In this document: positions 16,504 to 24,640 of the stretch, piece after piece
Layout of the letters: the number at the start of each line of letters is the position of its first letter
Numbering within the stretch: the first letter of the stretch is position 1
From: Candidatus Woesearchaeota archaeon
Lineage (GTDB): Archaea > Nanobdellota > Nanobdellia > Woesearchaeales > SKGA01
Direction of reading: 5' to 3'
Length of the DNA: 45,121 bases
NCBI GenBank assembly: GCA_007117735.1
Contig: SKGA01000030.1
Span: 1 to 45,121, forward strand
The notes under the pieces: model-generated
Told to the model about the DNA's origin: nothing
The model's input: the letters and a program-made list of their open reading frames with translations, nothing else
Databases searched by the model: none
Made by a program: the position numbers and the translations under genes

Positions 16504-16782
16504 TTAATCCTCATCAATACTCATTTCTTTTTCTTGAAGAGAGATATATTCATAGGCCTTTTGAAGGACAAGAACTGCCTTTGGAAGATCATTTACACGA
16601 AGAGAGGAAGTAGTTTTCCAAACGCCGTCTTTATCTTTATAGGTTCGTTCCAGAGAAATTGTACGATATAAATGAGGTTCTCCCTCTTTTGTTGTTACTT
16701 CATTCGTCCAGATTGTCGCTGCAATTGGACTCGCTCTGAATTTCTTTTCAGGCGTATTTTTATCCATATTTAATGTATCCAT
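16504..16782 (-). CDS. Small conserved-looking protein (92 aa), possible PC4/Whirly-like ssDNA-binding fold; coupled to radA
   Basis: Has an AAGGAG Shine-Dalgarno site 8 nt upstream. Contains IAATIWTNEVTTKEGEPHLYRTISLERTYKDKDGVWKTTSSLRVNDLPKAVLVLQKAYEYI. The R-x-Y-x-D-x-x-G-x-x-K...L...helix pattern recalls the PC4 C-terminal domain. Confidence 0.55.
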   Translation of the reverse strand: MDTLNMDKNTPEKKFRASPIAATIWTNEVTTKEGEPHLYRTISLERTYKDKDGVWKTTSSLRVNDLPKAVLVLQKAYEYISLQEKEMSIDED

Positions 16783-16812
16783 TTTTTCATCTCCTTGGTT
16801 TTCCCTTCTTAT

Positions 16813-16852
16813 TTCACTTTTTACAGCGTATCGCTGCCAAAAAGGGAGTGAA
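16813..16852 (-). promoter_or_regulatory. Stem-loop in the 5' leader of the orf92-radA operon
   Basis: Inner perfect stem CAGCG-TAT-CGCTG (16824-16836). It is extended by TTTTT/AAAAA and an outer TTCACT (16813-18) / AGTGAA (16847-52) pairing. It lies between the TATA-like TTTATATAA (16881-89) and the Shine-Dalgarno site. Confidence 0.4.
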
Positions 16853-17011
16853 AACTCTACTTGTACTAAGTCAAGGGTTGTTTATATAAGTTATTTGCAA
16901 ATGTCCAGTGTATTTTTTGTCCAAGGAAAAGAGATCAAAAATAAGGAGAACAATTCAGTTAAACAGAAGGAAGAGAGAAGTGATTTGAGAAAGTATAGGA
17001 AAACGTATATC

Positions 17012-17028
17012 AGTCTCATTTTGAGACT
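17012..17028. promoter_or_regulatory. Perfect 7-3-7 palindrome AGTCTCA-TTT-TGAGACT (site 1)
   Basis: Read directly from the sequence. Lies upstream of the AT-rich TATA-like run at 17061-17085. Confidence 0.6.
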
Positions 17029-17095
17029 CTTTTAACACCCCTTTGTTTCATATGGAAACCCTTAAATAAATAAAAATAAGTAAAAGTTAAGTCTC

Positions 17096-17112
17096 AGTCT
17101 CAAGTTGAGACT
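17096..17112. promoter_or_regulatory. Perfect 7-3-7 palindrome AGTCTCA-AGT-TGAGACT (site 2)
   Basis: Read directly from the sequence. It is preceded by an extra overlapping AGTCTCA half-site at 17090-17096. Confidence 0.6.
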
Positions 17113-17120
17113 CAATATAC

Positions 17121-17137
17121 AGTCTCAGTTTGAGACT
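17121..17137. promoter_or_regulatory. Perfect 7-3-7 palindrome AGTCTCA-GTT-TGAGACT (site 3)
   Basis: Read directly from the sequence. It is followed by an extra TGAGAC at 17137-17142. Its centre is 25 bp from site 2. Confidence 0.6.
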
Positions 17138-17197
17138 GAGACAAAAGATAAAAACAAGAGAAAAGATATAAAAAGATCAAGCCATTTTACTCTCTTT

Positions 17198-17647
17198 ATG
17201 AGGGGAATTAGTGAAAAACAATACAATCAAGCCGTACAATCACTACAAAAGCGCATACAACGGCTAAAAAAACAACTTCTTGAACAACAAACAACCCCTC
17301 AAGAGATGAAAACAGAAGAATTCTTTGAAGAACCAATGCGAGAAGAAGAACCAGTCTCAAACCCTTCAAACTCAATAAAACAACGAGAAGAAGCCTCGTC
17401 TCGGGTTGAGACTCGGCAAGAAATACAAATTTTTATGAGTAAAAAAGACCAAATAAAACACTATATTCAACAACTTCTACGAGAACGACAACGAAGCACC
17501 ATAGGACTCAAAACACAGCTCGTTGATCAAGAAAGACTCTGTTCAAAAGCAAGTTTTTACCGATATATGGAAGAACTACGAACAGAAAGAAAAATTCAAA
17601 TAATAGAAAAAGAAAAAAAAGAATATAACGTGCTTATTTCTTTGTAG
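17198..17647 (+). CDS. Small coiled-coil + winged-helix DNA-binding-like protein (150 aa)
   Basis: The first ATG is at 17198; the tracked TTG start at 17105 lies inside palindrome 2. The N-terminal helix reads QAVQSLQKRIQRLKKQLLEQQ, followed by an acidic linker. The C-terminus KDQIKHYIQQLLRERQRSTIGLKTQLVDQERLCSKASFYRYMEELRTERKIQII looks like a wHTH. Confidence 0.5.
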   Translation: MRGISEKQYNQAVQSLQKRIQRLKKQLLEQQTTPQEMKTEEFFEEPMREEEPVSNPSNSIKQREEASSRVETRQEIQIFMSKKDQIKHYIQQLLRERQRSTIGLKTQLVDQERLCSKASFYRYMEELRTERKIQIIEKEKKEYNVLISL

Positions 17648-17930
17648 AAGCACGCTTAACTGGTTTTGGTCCTGGAGTTCGTGCAGCACCTTTTTCTTCA
17701 ACAAGAATATCTTGTTCTTTAAGTGCAGCAACAACAGCTTTATGATCAGCTCCAGAAGCAATAGCGACTGTTTTTGATGTTGGTTCTAAATGGTGTACAT
17801 TACATTTTCTTCGACGGGTTTGACCGTCAATAGTAACGTAACCATTACCTTCATCTGCAACAATAACGCAATACTTACCAGCGTCTCGTCCAGCTAGTTT
17901 TATACAAACTCTACCGATTGTGAATAGCAT
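17634..17930 (-). CDS. rpl14e: 50S ribosomal protein eL14
   Basis: Contains IGRVCIKLAGRDAGKYCVIV...RRRKCNVHHLEP (KOW motif). A strong GGAGGTAACC Shine-Dalgarno site lies upstream. Confidence 0.9.
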   Translation of the reverse strand: MLFTIGRVCIKLAGRDAGKYCVIVADEGNGYVTIDGQTRRRKCNVHHLEPTSKTVAIASGADHKAVVAALKEQDILVEEKGAARTPGPKPVKRASTKK

Positions 17931-17999
17931 TTTTGGTTACCTCCAACTCATATTTATTCAAGATAGGTCGCCCATATCTTGCGAGATGGCTAGAAAAGA

Positions 18000-18266
18000 T
18001 TATTCTCTTGCCTCTAGTTTAATTATGTCACGTAGACACCGACCGCACAGAACTCCTCCAAATGCACGTTCAGGGCGCTTATACGTCTTTGCCATAGTAG
18101 ACATTTTTGACGGTAAGGCTCGTGGAACGCCATGTAATTCAACACCACATCGAGCACAATGTGCTTGCTTAGGTTTTCGTTGAAGGAATCGAGTTACTGT
18201 GCTTCCACCAGGGAGTCGTGTTTTAACTCTCCGGAATGTTCTCGATTTATACATACCTCTTGGCAT
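18000..18266 (-). CDS. rpl34e: 50S ribosomal protein eL34
   Basis: Contains YKSRTFRRVKTRLPGGSTV...CARCGVELHGVP. Confidence 0.9.
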   Translation of the reverse strand: MPRGMYKSRTFRRVKTRLPGGSTVTRFLQRKPKQAHCARCGVELHGVPRALPSKMSTMAKTYKRPERAFGGVLCGRCLRDIIKLEARE

Positions 18267-18326
18267 TTTTTATTTCCTCGATAATTTTATCGTAAGGTAA
18301 AGAAAGCAAGGTTTATTTATAAAGCT

Positions 18327-19106
18327 TTAGGCTACGTTGAGTAACCGACGAGTAAGGAAAGAAAACAAGAGAGAGAAGAGGAGGTAAGCGCCAAGCCAAC
18401 CCCAAGAACTTAACCAAGGGACATCTTTAAAGAAAAAAACACCATCAAAGATTAAGAGTCGAGGATATTCATTAATTTGAGCTTGTAAGACCTCTGTTTG
18501 ATTTAGAGGAACTACTTTTTGATGAGAAGAAGAAACAATAACAGGAAGTGTAATCGTATCATCTCTTGTTGTTACCCAAGAAAACATGAACTCGCCACTC
18601 TCCATAGCCCGAACAGACCAAGAAGCAGAAGAAATATCTTTTGTCAAAGATTGGTTTTCTAATAAAGAAATACCTTGAGGAAGGGTAAGCGTTACATTTT
18701 CATTAAGATAATCGGAAGAAGAAACTTCTACAGAGAACTCATCACCAACACCAAGTGGAGCAAGAGCAAGAGAAGCACCCAACCATCCAAAGAACAAAAT
18801 AAGAGGTAAAAACGTATACAACGTTGCTTTAAAGGAGAGCTTCATATACTCGCCATTCGTTTTTAACACTTTTTTCTGCATCTGCAAAGCCTTAGCAGGA
18901 TCTTCCTTCTGTAATTTACGAATCTTTTTTTGGAATTTTTTCATCTCAGCTTTTAACCGACGAAGACGAGCTTGATCAGTTGTGTATTTATACACTATAG
19001 TACTAAGAAAAGAAACAAAAACAGAAACAGTAAGTAACGTCCAAAAAGGACCAGTCGCTGTTAAGAGCGGGTCAAGGATTGGACTTAAAACGGAAGAAAA
19101 AATCAT
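18327..19106 (-). CDS. DUF106 / EMC3-TMCO1-like membrane insertase (archaeal YidC/Oxa1-like), with about 100-aa extracytoplasmic insertion
   Basis: A TM helix is followed by the basic coiled-coil hairpin RLRRLKAEMKKFQKKIRKLQKEDPAKALQMQKKVLKTNGEYMKLSFK and then further TM helices. It occupies the conserved position downstream of secY. Confidence 0.7.
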   Translation of the reverse strand: MIFSSVLSPILDPLLTATGPFWTLLTVSVFVSFLSTIVYKYTTDQARLRRLKAEMKKFQKKIRKLQKEDPAKALQMQKKVLKTNGEYMKLSFKATLYTFLPLILFFGWLGASLALAPLGVGDEFSVEVSSSDYLNENVTLTLPQGISLLENQSLTKDISSASWSVRAMESGEFMFSWVTTRDDTITLPVIVSSSHQKVVPLNQTEVLQAQINEYPRLLIFDGVFFFKDVPWLSSWGWLGAYLLFSLLFSFLTRRLLNVA

Positions 19107-19108
19107 TG

Positions 19109-20440
19109 TTAACGACCCATCATTTTACGAAGCATAGGATTCATATCTTCCATATGTTGTTTTGCAACATCTTCGTAGAGTTTGTAAATGATCATTACCG
19201 TAAGGAGTAAACCAGTACCGCCGCCTAACACACCAAGAAGGTCTGCAGTAGATGCGAGTAAACCAATAAAAATACCACCCATAATAGTTAACGGGAAAAT
19301 ATATCTTTTTAATAATCGCTCAAGAACACGAGCATCTTTTCTAAAACCAGGAATTTGTAAACCTGAAGACATCATTTGTTTTGCTTGACTTTTAGGATCA
19401 AGACCTGATGTCTGCATCCAGAACCAGCTGAACAGGATAGATGCAAGTACAAAAAAGAGGATATAGGTAAAAGACTGAATAAGTAAGACTGCAGTAACAT
19501 TACCTTGCACCACTCGAGTTAAAAGATCAGTATTAGTTAAGTAAGGAATAACATTTGTCACCCAACCAGTACCGCCACTAAAGGAGCTAAACAACTGTAA
19601 GTTGGCAACAAGAGCACTTACTAAAATAACAGGAATAACATTTGTATAGACAAAGTTTAACGGCCAACGAATCCCATGACCTCGAACACGACCAAAACTT
19701 AAAGGAATTTCAACTTTCATCGCCTGAGCAAAGACAACTACACCGAAAACAACTAACGTTGCAAGCACTACTGCGATTGCAAGAGCTGCAGTTACTGTAT
19801 CGTTTGCTGCGAGAGCCTGGAAGAATTGAGGAATACGACCAACCATATATTCAGAACCTGCAGGAGTAAGAGGACTAAAAGCCTGAACAAAGACTTCTTG
19901 ACTCACACCAGCAGCAATGAACAAGGAAACACCGGAACCAAAACCCCATTTGTTAATAACCCCGTCAAGAAGGAGGATGACAAAACCACCAATCGCTAAT
20001 TGAAGGATGAGAATAAAGGAAGAAATTCCTGCCTCAGGGCTTAAACCACCCATTGCAACATAAATAATCGCTTGAATAATAATAAAAAAGATTGTTAATA
20101 ATTTTTGTAAACCTTGGAATTTACTTCTCCCTTCAGGAGATTGTGTATTAATATTAAGAATACCGGAACCAACCAGTAACTGGAGAACAATACTTGCTGT
20201 TACAATAGGACCGATACCTAACGTAATAATAGAACCGAAGCTCGCACCGAGAACAACGGAAAGGAATTCAAATTGAGAAAGAGCGTTAGCACCTAAACCA
20301 TAAACAGGAATTGCTCCAAGAATGAAAAAGAGAAGAAGGATAATACCTGTCCATTTGAGTTTTTGTTTGAAAGGTAAGTTCTTTTGTGTAGGACCCTTGA
20401 TATCAGGAACGTACCGTAATAACGTATTCATAAATGTCAT
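19109..20440 (-). CDS. secY: Preprotein translocase subunit SecY
   Basis: 443 aa with 10 TM helices. Contains LKWTGIILLLFFILGAIPVYG and GIGPIVTASIVLQLL. It is in the conserved position after uL15. Confidence 0.95.
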   Translation of the reverse strand: MTFMNTLLRYVPDIKGPTQKNLPFKQKLKWTGIILLLFFILGAIPVYGLGANALSQFEFLSVVLGASFGSIITLGIGPIVTASIVLQLLVGSGILNINTQSPEGRSKFQGLQKLLTIFFIIIQAIIYVAMGGLSPEAGISSFILILQLAIGGFVILLLDGVINKWGFGSGVSLFIAAGVSQEVFVQAFSPLTPAGSEYMVGRIPQFFQALAANDTVTAALAIAVVLATLVVFGVVVFAQAMKVEIPLSFGRVRGHGIRWPLNFVYTNVIPVILVSALVANLQLFSSFSGGTGWVTNVIPYLTNTDLLTRVVQGNVTAVLLIQSFTYILFFVLASILFSWFWMQTSGLDPKSQAKQMMSSGLQIPGFRKDARVLERLLKRYIFPLTIMGGIFIGLLASTADLLGVLGGGTGLLLTVMIIYKLYEDVAKQHMEDMNPMLRKMMGR

Positions 20441-20508
20441 TTATTTATTCACCAAATCGTAATCGTGTAAAAAAAAAGAAAAGAGGGGTTTAAATACCTT
20501 ACGAGTAT

Positions 20509-20961
20509 TTATTCCTCAGATTGTCCAAGAAGAACAGAACCGTTCGCTTCTTCAACCTTTCGTCGAGCACCATCAGAAGCCGCATTCACAACAATTTCGT
20601 ATGCGTGAACAGGTTTTCCAGTGCCTAATAACTTATCAACACCAAGTGCAGATAAATTAACTTTGAAAAGGTCTTTTTCTTGAACAGCATGCCCTGATTG
20701 AACTAAACGGGTAATAGCCACATTTAATTGCTCAAGAGACATGGTATGAACGCTACGAGGAGTAGGGTTTGTAAAGCCATGTTTACCAGAAAACTTCTTA
20801 ATTTTCCAATAACTTGGCTTTTTCGCGTCACCACGCTTACCACTACCTGCATTACCTCGGCCTCCACGGTGACCAGCACCACGGTGCTTTTTCTTTTCAC
20901 CCCAACCATGAGTCCATGAACCTCGGTGTCGACTATTTTTTTTTCTATGATTAACTGTCAT
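20509..20961 (-). CDS. rpl15: 50S ribosomal protein uL15
   Basis: Contains HRGSWTHGWGEKKKHRGAGHRGGRGNAGSGKR. The ATG at 20961 is preceded by AGGTGA-N5; the tracked start at 20970 is a GTG inside that Shine-Dalgarno site. Confidence 0.9.
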   Translation of the reverse strand: MTVNHRKKNSRHRGSWTHGWGEKKKHRGAGHRGGRGNAGSGKRGDAKKPSYWKIKKFSGKHGFTNPTPRSVHTMSLEQLNVAITRLVQSGHAVQEKDLFKVNLSALGVDKLLGTGKPVHAYEIVVNAASDGARRKVEEANGSVLLGQSEE

Positions 20962-20970
20962 TATCTTCAC

Positions 20971-21327
20971 CTACATCATTTTCTCAAGGAGAATACTCAT
21001 TTGATCTCCTCGGTCGCCTAGAGCGCCACCAACAGTAAACGGCTTTTTAATACCTTTTCGTTCAAAACCTCCAACAGGAGGAGCGAGGAAAAAGACACCT
21101 TTTTCTGTGGGTTTACGAGCTTTTTCTAGTTTAGCAATCGTTTCGTCAGAAACAACGCCGAATGTCGCGTAATCTTGAATTTTCTTCAAAATACCTTGCA
21201 TTGAAGGAGAATCTTCAACAATAACACACGCGTGTTTTTTCCGTAAACGAATACTTTCTAATGCTTTTTTAATATCGTGATTTACACCAACTAAACCTCG
21301 AATAAGTACAACTGCGATTTTAGTCAT
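20971..21327 (-). CDS. rpl30: 50S ribosomal protein uL30
   Basis: Starts IAVVLIRGLVGVNHDIKKALESIRLRKKHACVIV, and sits in the expected operon position. Confidence 0.85.
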   Translation of the reverse strand: MTKIAVVLIRGLVGVNHDIKKALESIRLRKKHACVIVEDSPSMQGILKKIQDYATFGVVSDETIAKLEKARKPTEKGVFFLAPPVGGFERKGIKKPFTVGGALGDRGDQMSILLEKMM

Positions 21328-22054
21328 CTGACTTCACCTCTTGTTTAATACTTCCTTCAGCAATAGCTAATTTTTCTCGGTGAGTATCTTGAACACTTAC
21401 TTGAGATAGTTTTCGTAAAGCTTGCATTGTTGCTTTCAGAACATTGATTTTGTTCTTTTTCTGACCAAAACTCTTAGACCAAACATTCTTGATACCAGCA
21501 AGTTCAAGGATTTTTGCAACTTCTTTATCGCAAATTAAACCTTTACCTTTAGGAGCAGGCATGAGTTTGATCCGGTAACTACCGCACTTTCCTTCAACAG
21601 TAAAAGGAATACTGTGAGGTTCAGTACTTCGGTCTTCCCAAGAACCAGCACCACGTCGAACAAGAACCATATTTAGTTTTGCTTGAGCGAAAGCTTTTTC
21701 TCGTGCAGGAACAGTTTCTTTACTTTTCCCATAACCGACACCGACATGACCATTTCTGTCACCAACAACAGCCATTGTAGCGAATTTAGGTTTGTTACCT
21801 TCTCGAGTTTTTTTCTGAGTTTGACGGAATACTCTTCGTTGACCACCACCAAACTTCCCTTTTGCTTGACCAATAAGAAGAAGTTCTTGCTCTGTTTTTA
21901 AGAGCGTGTCAACAATTTCTGGTTCGAGAATTCGAATACCAGAACCAAGGATTTCATCGATAGATTTGATTTCACCAGCCTTTACTTTTCGACCAATTTC
22001 AGTCTTAGGAGTCCAGGAATCAAAATCGTTTGTAGTTGTATCGTTTTTTTGCAT
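21320..22054 (-). CDS. rps5: 30S ribosomal protein uS5
   Basis: Contains FATMAVVGDRNGHVGVGYGKSKETVPA and IKLMPAPKGKGL. An AGGTGA Shine-Dalgarno site lies upstream. Confidence 0.9.
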   Translation of the reverse strand: MQKNDTTTNDFDSWTPKTEIGRKVKAGEIKSIDEILGSGIRILEPEIVDTLLKTEQELLLIGQAKGKFGGGQRRVFRQTQKKTREGNKPKFATMAVVGDRNGHVGVGYGKSKETVPAREKAFAQAKLNMVLVRRGAGSWEDRSTEPHSIPFTVEGKCGSYRIKLMPAPKGKGLICDKEVAKILELAGIKNVWSKSFGQKKNKINVLKATMQALRKLSQVSVQDTHREKLAIAEGSIKQEVKSDD

Positions 22055-22064
22055 TGAACGTCAC

Positions 22065-22619
22065 CTAGTTTTGAATTTTTTCCTTCACTGCTTGCACTGC
22101 TTTTGGAATATCTGCAGGATTAAGACCTGCTTTTTTGTAAGCAGAAGCTGATGAAGCAAGATCGCTATATTGAGCGATGTGTTGACCTGTAAGACGTTCT
22201 TCGCTAGGAAAGACATGATCTGAAGAAGGGATTGATACACCTGCATCAATAACTCCTTTTAATGCCGAATACAATTTGGAACCTTTCAAAGGCGTTTGAA
22301 GGCCTAAATCAAGGATTGCTTGTGTATGACCGGCATCGATCATTTGTTTACCAGCTGCTAAACCCGCAAGATAAGCTGCAGGTAAAGATTTTTTAGAATA
22401 TTTCCAACCGAAAGATTCTAACTGATTTGAATTGAACGTCATAAGAACCTTATCGCCATCAGGAACGTATTGAACGAATTGGATGGTGATAGAGGTATTA
22501 CTTCTTCGAATAACAAGACGGTTTTGACCACTCTTTAAGAGCTCTAAACGTTTTTTGTAATTCGTTTTACCTTCTCGTTTTCTTCGATACTGAACTGTAT
22601 AAATTGCATTTCGTGCCAT
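22065..22619 (-). CDS. rpl18: 50S ribosomal protein uL18
   Basis: Starts MARNAIYTVQYRRKREGKTNYKKRLELLKSGQNRLVIRRSN. The ATG at 22619 lies 1 nt after the eL19 stop; the tracked 25-aa extension overlaps eL19. Confidence 0.9.
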   Translation of the reverse strand: MARNAIYTVQYRRKREGKTNYKKRLELLKSGQNRLVIRRSNTSITIQFVQYVPDGDKVLMTFNSNQLESFGWKYSKKSLPAAYLAGLAAGKQMIDAGHTQAILDLGLQTPLKGSKLYSALKGVIDAGVSIPSSDHVFPSEERLTGQHIAQYSDLASSASAYKKAGLNPADIPKAVQAVKEKIQN

Positions 22620-22620
22620 T

Positions 22621-23076
22621 TCAATCCCTCTTTTGCACCATATTGTTTTCTTCAATGTAAATCTTAATGTGTCGCTTATTACGGAAGAATCCACCTTTGG
22701 ACTTTCGGTATAAGTTTTTGAAACTTTCTTGATTTACAATTCCTTTTGCACGTAATTCTTGAAGGAAAGAACGTTGAACACGAACTTTAGCCATCCAAGC
22801 AGTTTTTCTAGGAACAAGTGCAGTTTTTTTACCTTTACGCTTACCAGGACCTCTCTGAAGACCTTTTCTTCGTTGATTAGCTCGTTCTTTTGCACGAACT
22901 CGAGAGATACCTTTTTCTTGAGCACGGATAATAAGACCTTCAGCAACTAAAGATCGAATATCTGCTTTTGTAATCGCTTCTTTAATATCAGCAACTCTAT
23001 CCGGAACAAAATGAACTCGTTTTGGAGAACATTTTAAGATATCAGCTGCTAATCTTTTTTGAACGGAGAGGTTCAT
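22621..23076 (-). CDS. rpl19e: 50S ribosomal protein eL19
   Basis: Starts MNLSVQKRLAADILKCSPKRVHF, followed by a basic region. Confidence 0.9.
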   Translation of the reverse strand: MNLSVQKRLAADILKCSPKRVHFVPDRVADIKEAITKADIRSLVAEGLIIRAQEKGISRVRAKERANQRRKGLQRGPGKRKGKKTALVPRKTAWMAKVRVQRSFLQELRAKGIVNQESFKNLYRKSKGGFFRNKRHIKIYIEENNMVQKRD

Positions 23077-23681
23077 TGTGATTCACCTTTTTTAGTCAGA
23101 AGCTTATCTTGTTCTTTTTTCTCTTGAACTTTTTTCTCTTCAGGAGATTGAGCATCTTGAGCTTTTTTCTCTTCAGCATCAGAGGATTCTTCTGCTTTTT
23201 TCAGCTCTTTTTCTTGCTCTTTTTTACGCTGAACAATTTCTTTTTTGTGACTCTTTTTCTGAGCTTGTGCTTCTTGTAATCGTTTTTCAAATTGTTTTGG
23301 ATCAATATTTAACACGGTGAATCCTTTTGACTGAGCAACTTGTAATAAGTTAGCTCGAGATCGATTACCAACTGTTCGTGCAATAATAATACCGTCAGTT
23401 TTTGGATCAAGTGCATCAAATTGAGAAACTGTTGAAACGATTTGTTGAACTAAACCATTTCTTGATAAACCTTTTACCGCCTTTGGAGAACCATAACCAG
23501 TTGCAATGCCCCGAGCATACCCTTTACGGTGAAGCCGTTGTTTATTTTGTAAACCTTTTGGTCTTCGCCAGTTTGCTGAAACTCGCTTCTTTTTATGGGA
23601 ATCGTGACGTCTAAAGGATGGTTTCTTTGCCTTTGCTTTATTTCGTTGTGAGAGAAGATCTTTCATTTTTCTTAACCTCAT
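23073..23681 (-). CDS. rpl32e: 50S ribosomal protein eL32 with about 70-aa K/E-rich C-terminal extension
   Basis: Contains PSFRRHDSHKKKRVSANWRRPKGLQNKQRLHRKGY. The tail QAQKKSHKKEIVQRKKEQEKELKKAEESSDAEEKK... is not part of the usual ~130-aa protein. Confidence 0.9.
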   Translation of the reverse strand: MRLRKMKDLLSQRNKAKAKKPSFRRHDSHKKKRVSANWRRPKGLQNKQRLHRKGYARGIATGYGSPKAVKGLSRNGLVQQIVSTVSQFDALDPKTDGIIIARTVGNRSRANLLQVAQSKGFTVLNIDPKQFEKRLQEAQAQKKSHKKEIVQRKKEQEKELKKAEESSDAEEKKAQDAQSPEEKKVQEKKEQDKLLTKKGESQ

Positions 23682-24226
23682 TGAATAGCTTTACCATCTT
23701 TATTGGTAATATAGATACCATCCTGGAAAATTCGCCGATCAAAACCGTTACGTCGAGTCAACTTCTCAATTGAAGCTGCTGTTTGCGCAACACGTTCTTT
23801 ATCGATACCAGTAACTGTAATAGTATCTCCATTGACTTTAACATCTGCACCTTCTTTTAACTCAAGAACCCGAGGAACTGCTTCTCCAATAAAGTTTTTT
23901 ACTTCAAAGGATGAGCCTTTAACGCTCACATTCATAGGGAAGTGACCTGAGCAAATTTTTAAGGTGTATTCGTGACCTTCTGTAACTCCTTTACACATGT
24001 TTTTCACATGAGCTACATACGTATTCATCACTTTCTTTTCATTACGAGTAAACTTTTTTGCTAAAAATTCAACTTCGTTATCTTTTGAATGAACAGTAAT
24101 TTTTGGATGTAAAAAGTTTCGGGAAACAGAACCTTTTGAACCTGTTACTGTTAATACACCATCAGATACAGCTGCAGAAACACCTTCTGGTAAAGTGACT
24201 GACTGTGAAATATTTTCTTGAATCAT
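23678..24226 (-). CDS. rpl6: 50S ribosomal protein uL6
   Basis: Two-domain L6 pattern with VTGSKGSVSRNF... and CSGHFPMNV. It sits in the expected operon position. Confidence 0.9.
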   Translation of the reverse strand: MIQENISQSVTLPEGVSAAVSDGVLTVTGSKGSVSRNFLHPKITVHSKDNEVEFLAKKFTRNEKKVMNTYVAHVKNMCKGVTEGHEYTLKICSGHFPMNVSVKGSSFEVKNFIGEAVPRVLELKEGADVKVNGDTITVTGIDKERVAQTAASIEKLTRRNGFDRRIFQDGIYITNKDGKAIQ

Positions 24227-24238
24227 TGTGTATAACCT

Positions 24239-24631
24239 CTAATAACAGTAACTAATGAGTCGACCACCAACATTCTCTTCTTTCGCCTGAACTTGGGAAA
24301 GTAAGCCTTTGTTTGTTGAAATAAATAACAAACCAAAGCCAAGAGCTGGGAGATATCGTTTCTCATATTGTTCAAAGTTATCAACACCAACTGCAAATCG
24401 TGGTTTAATAACTCCGCATTTGTTGAGCTTTCCGTTAAATGTAATTGTTAAATAATTACCTTTACTATCTTCATGTTCTACCCACTCAGCCAAGTAACCC
24501 TCATTTTTCATTAAAGTTAAAACTTCTTTGATAAGGTTTGAGCTGATACTTGTAGTAACTGAAGACTTACCTACCTTAATTGCATTGTCCATTTGAGAAA
24601 GGACCATTGCTAGATTATCATTATTTGCCAT
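24239..24631 (-). CDS. rps8: 30S ribosomal protein uS8
   Basis: Contains LAMVLSQMDNAIKVGKSSV and ends GGRLISYCY. Confidence 0.9.
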   Translation of the reverse strand: MANNDNLAMVLSQMDNAIKVGKSSVTTSISSNLIKEVLTLMKNEGYLAEWVEHEDSKGNYLTITFNGKLNKCGVIKPRFAVGVDNFEQYEKRYLPALGFGLLFISTNKGLLSQVQAKEENVGGRLISYCY

Positions 24632-24640
24632 CGTTCATCC

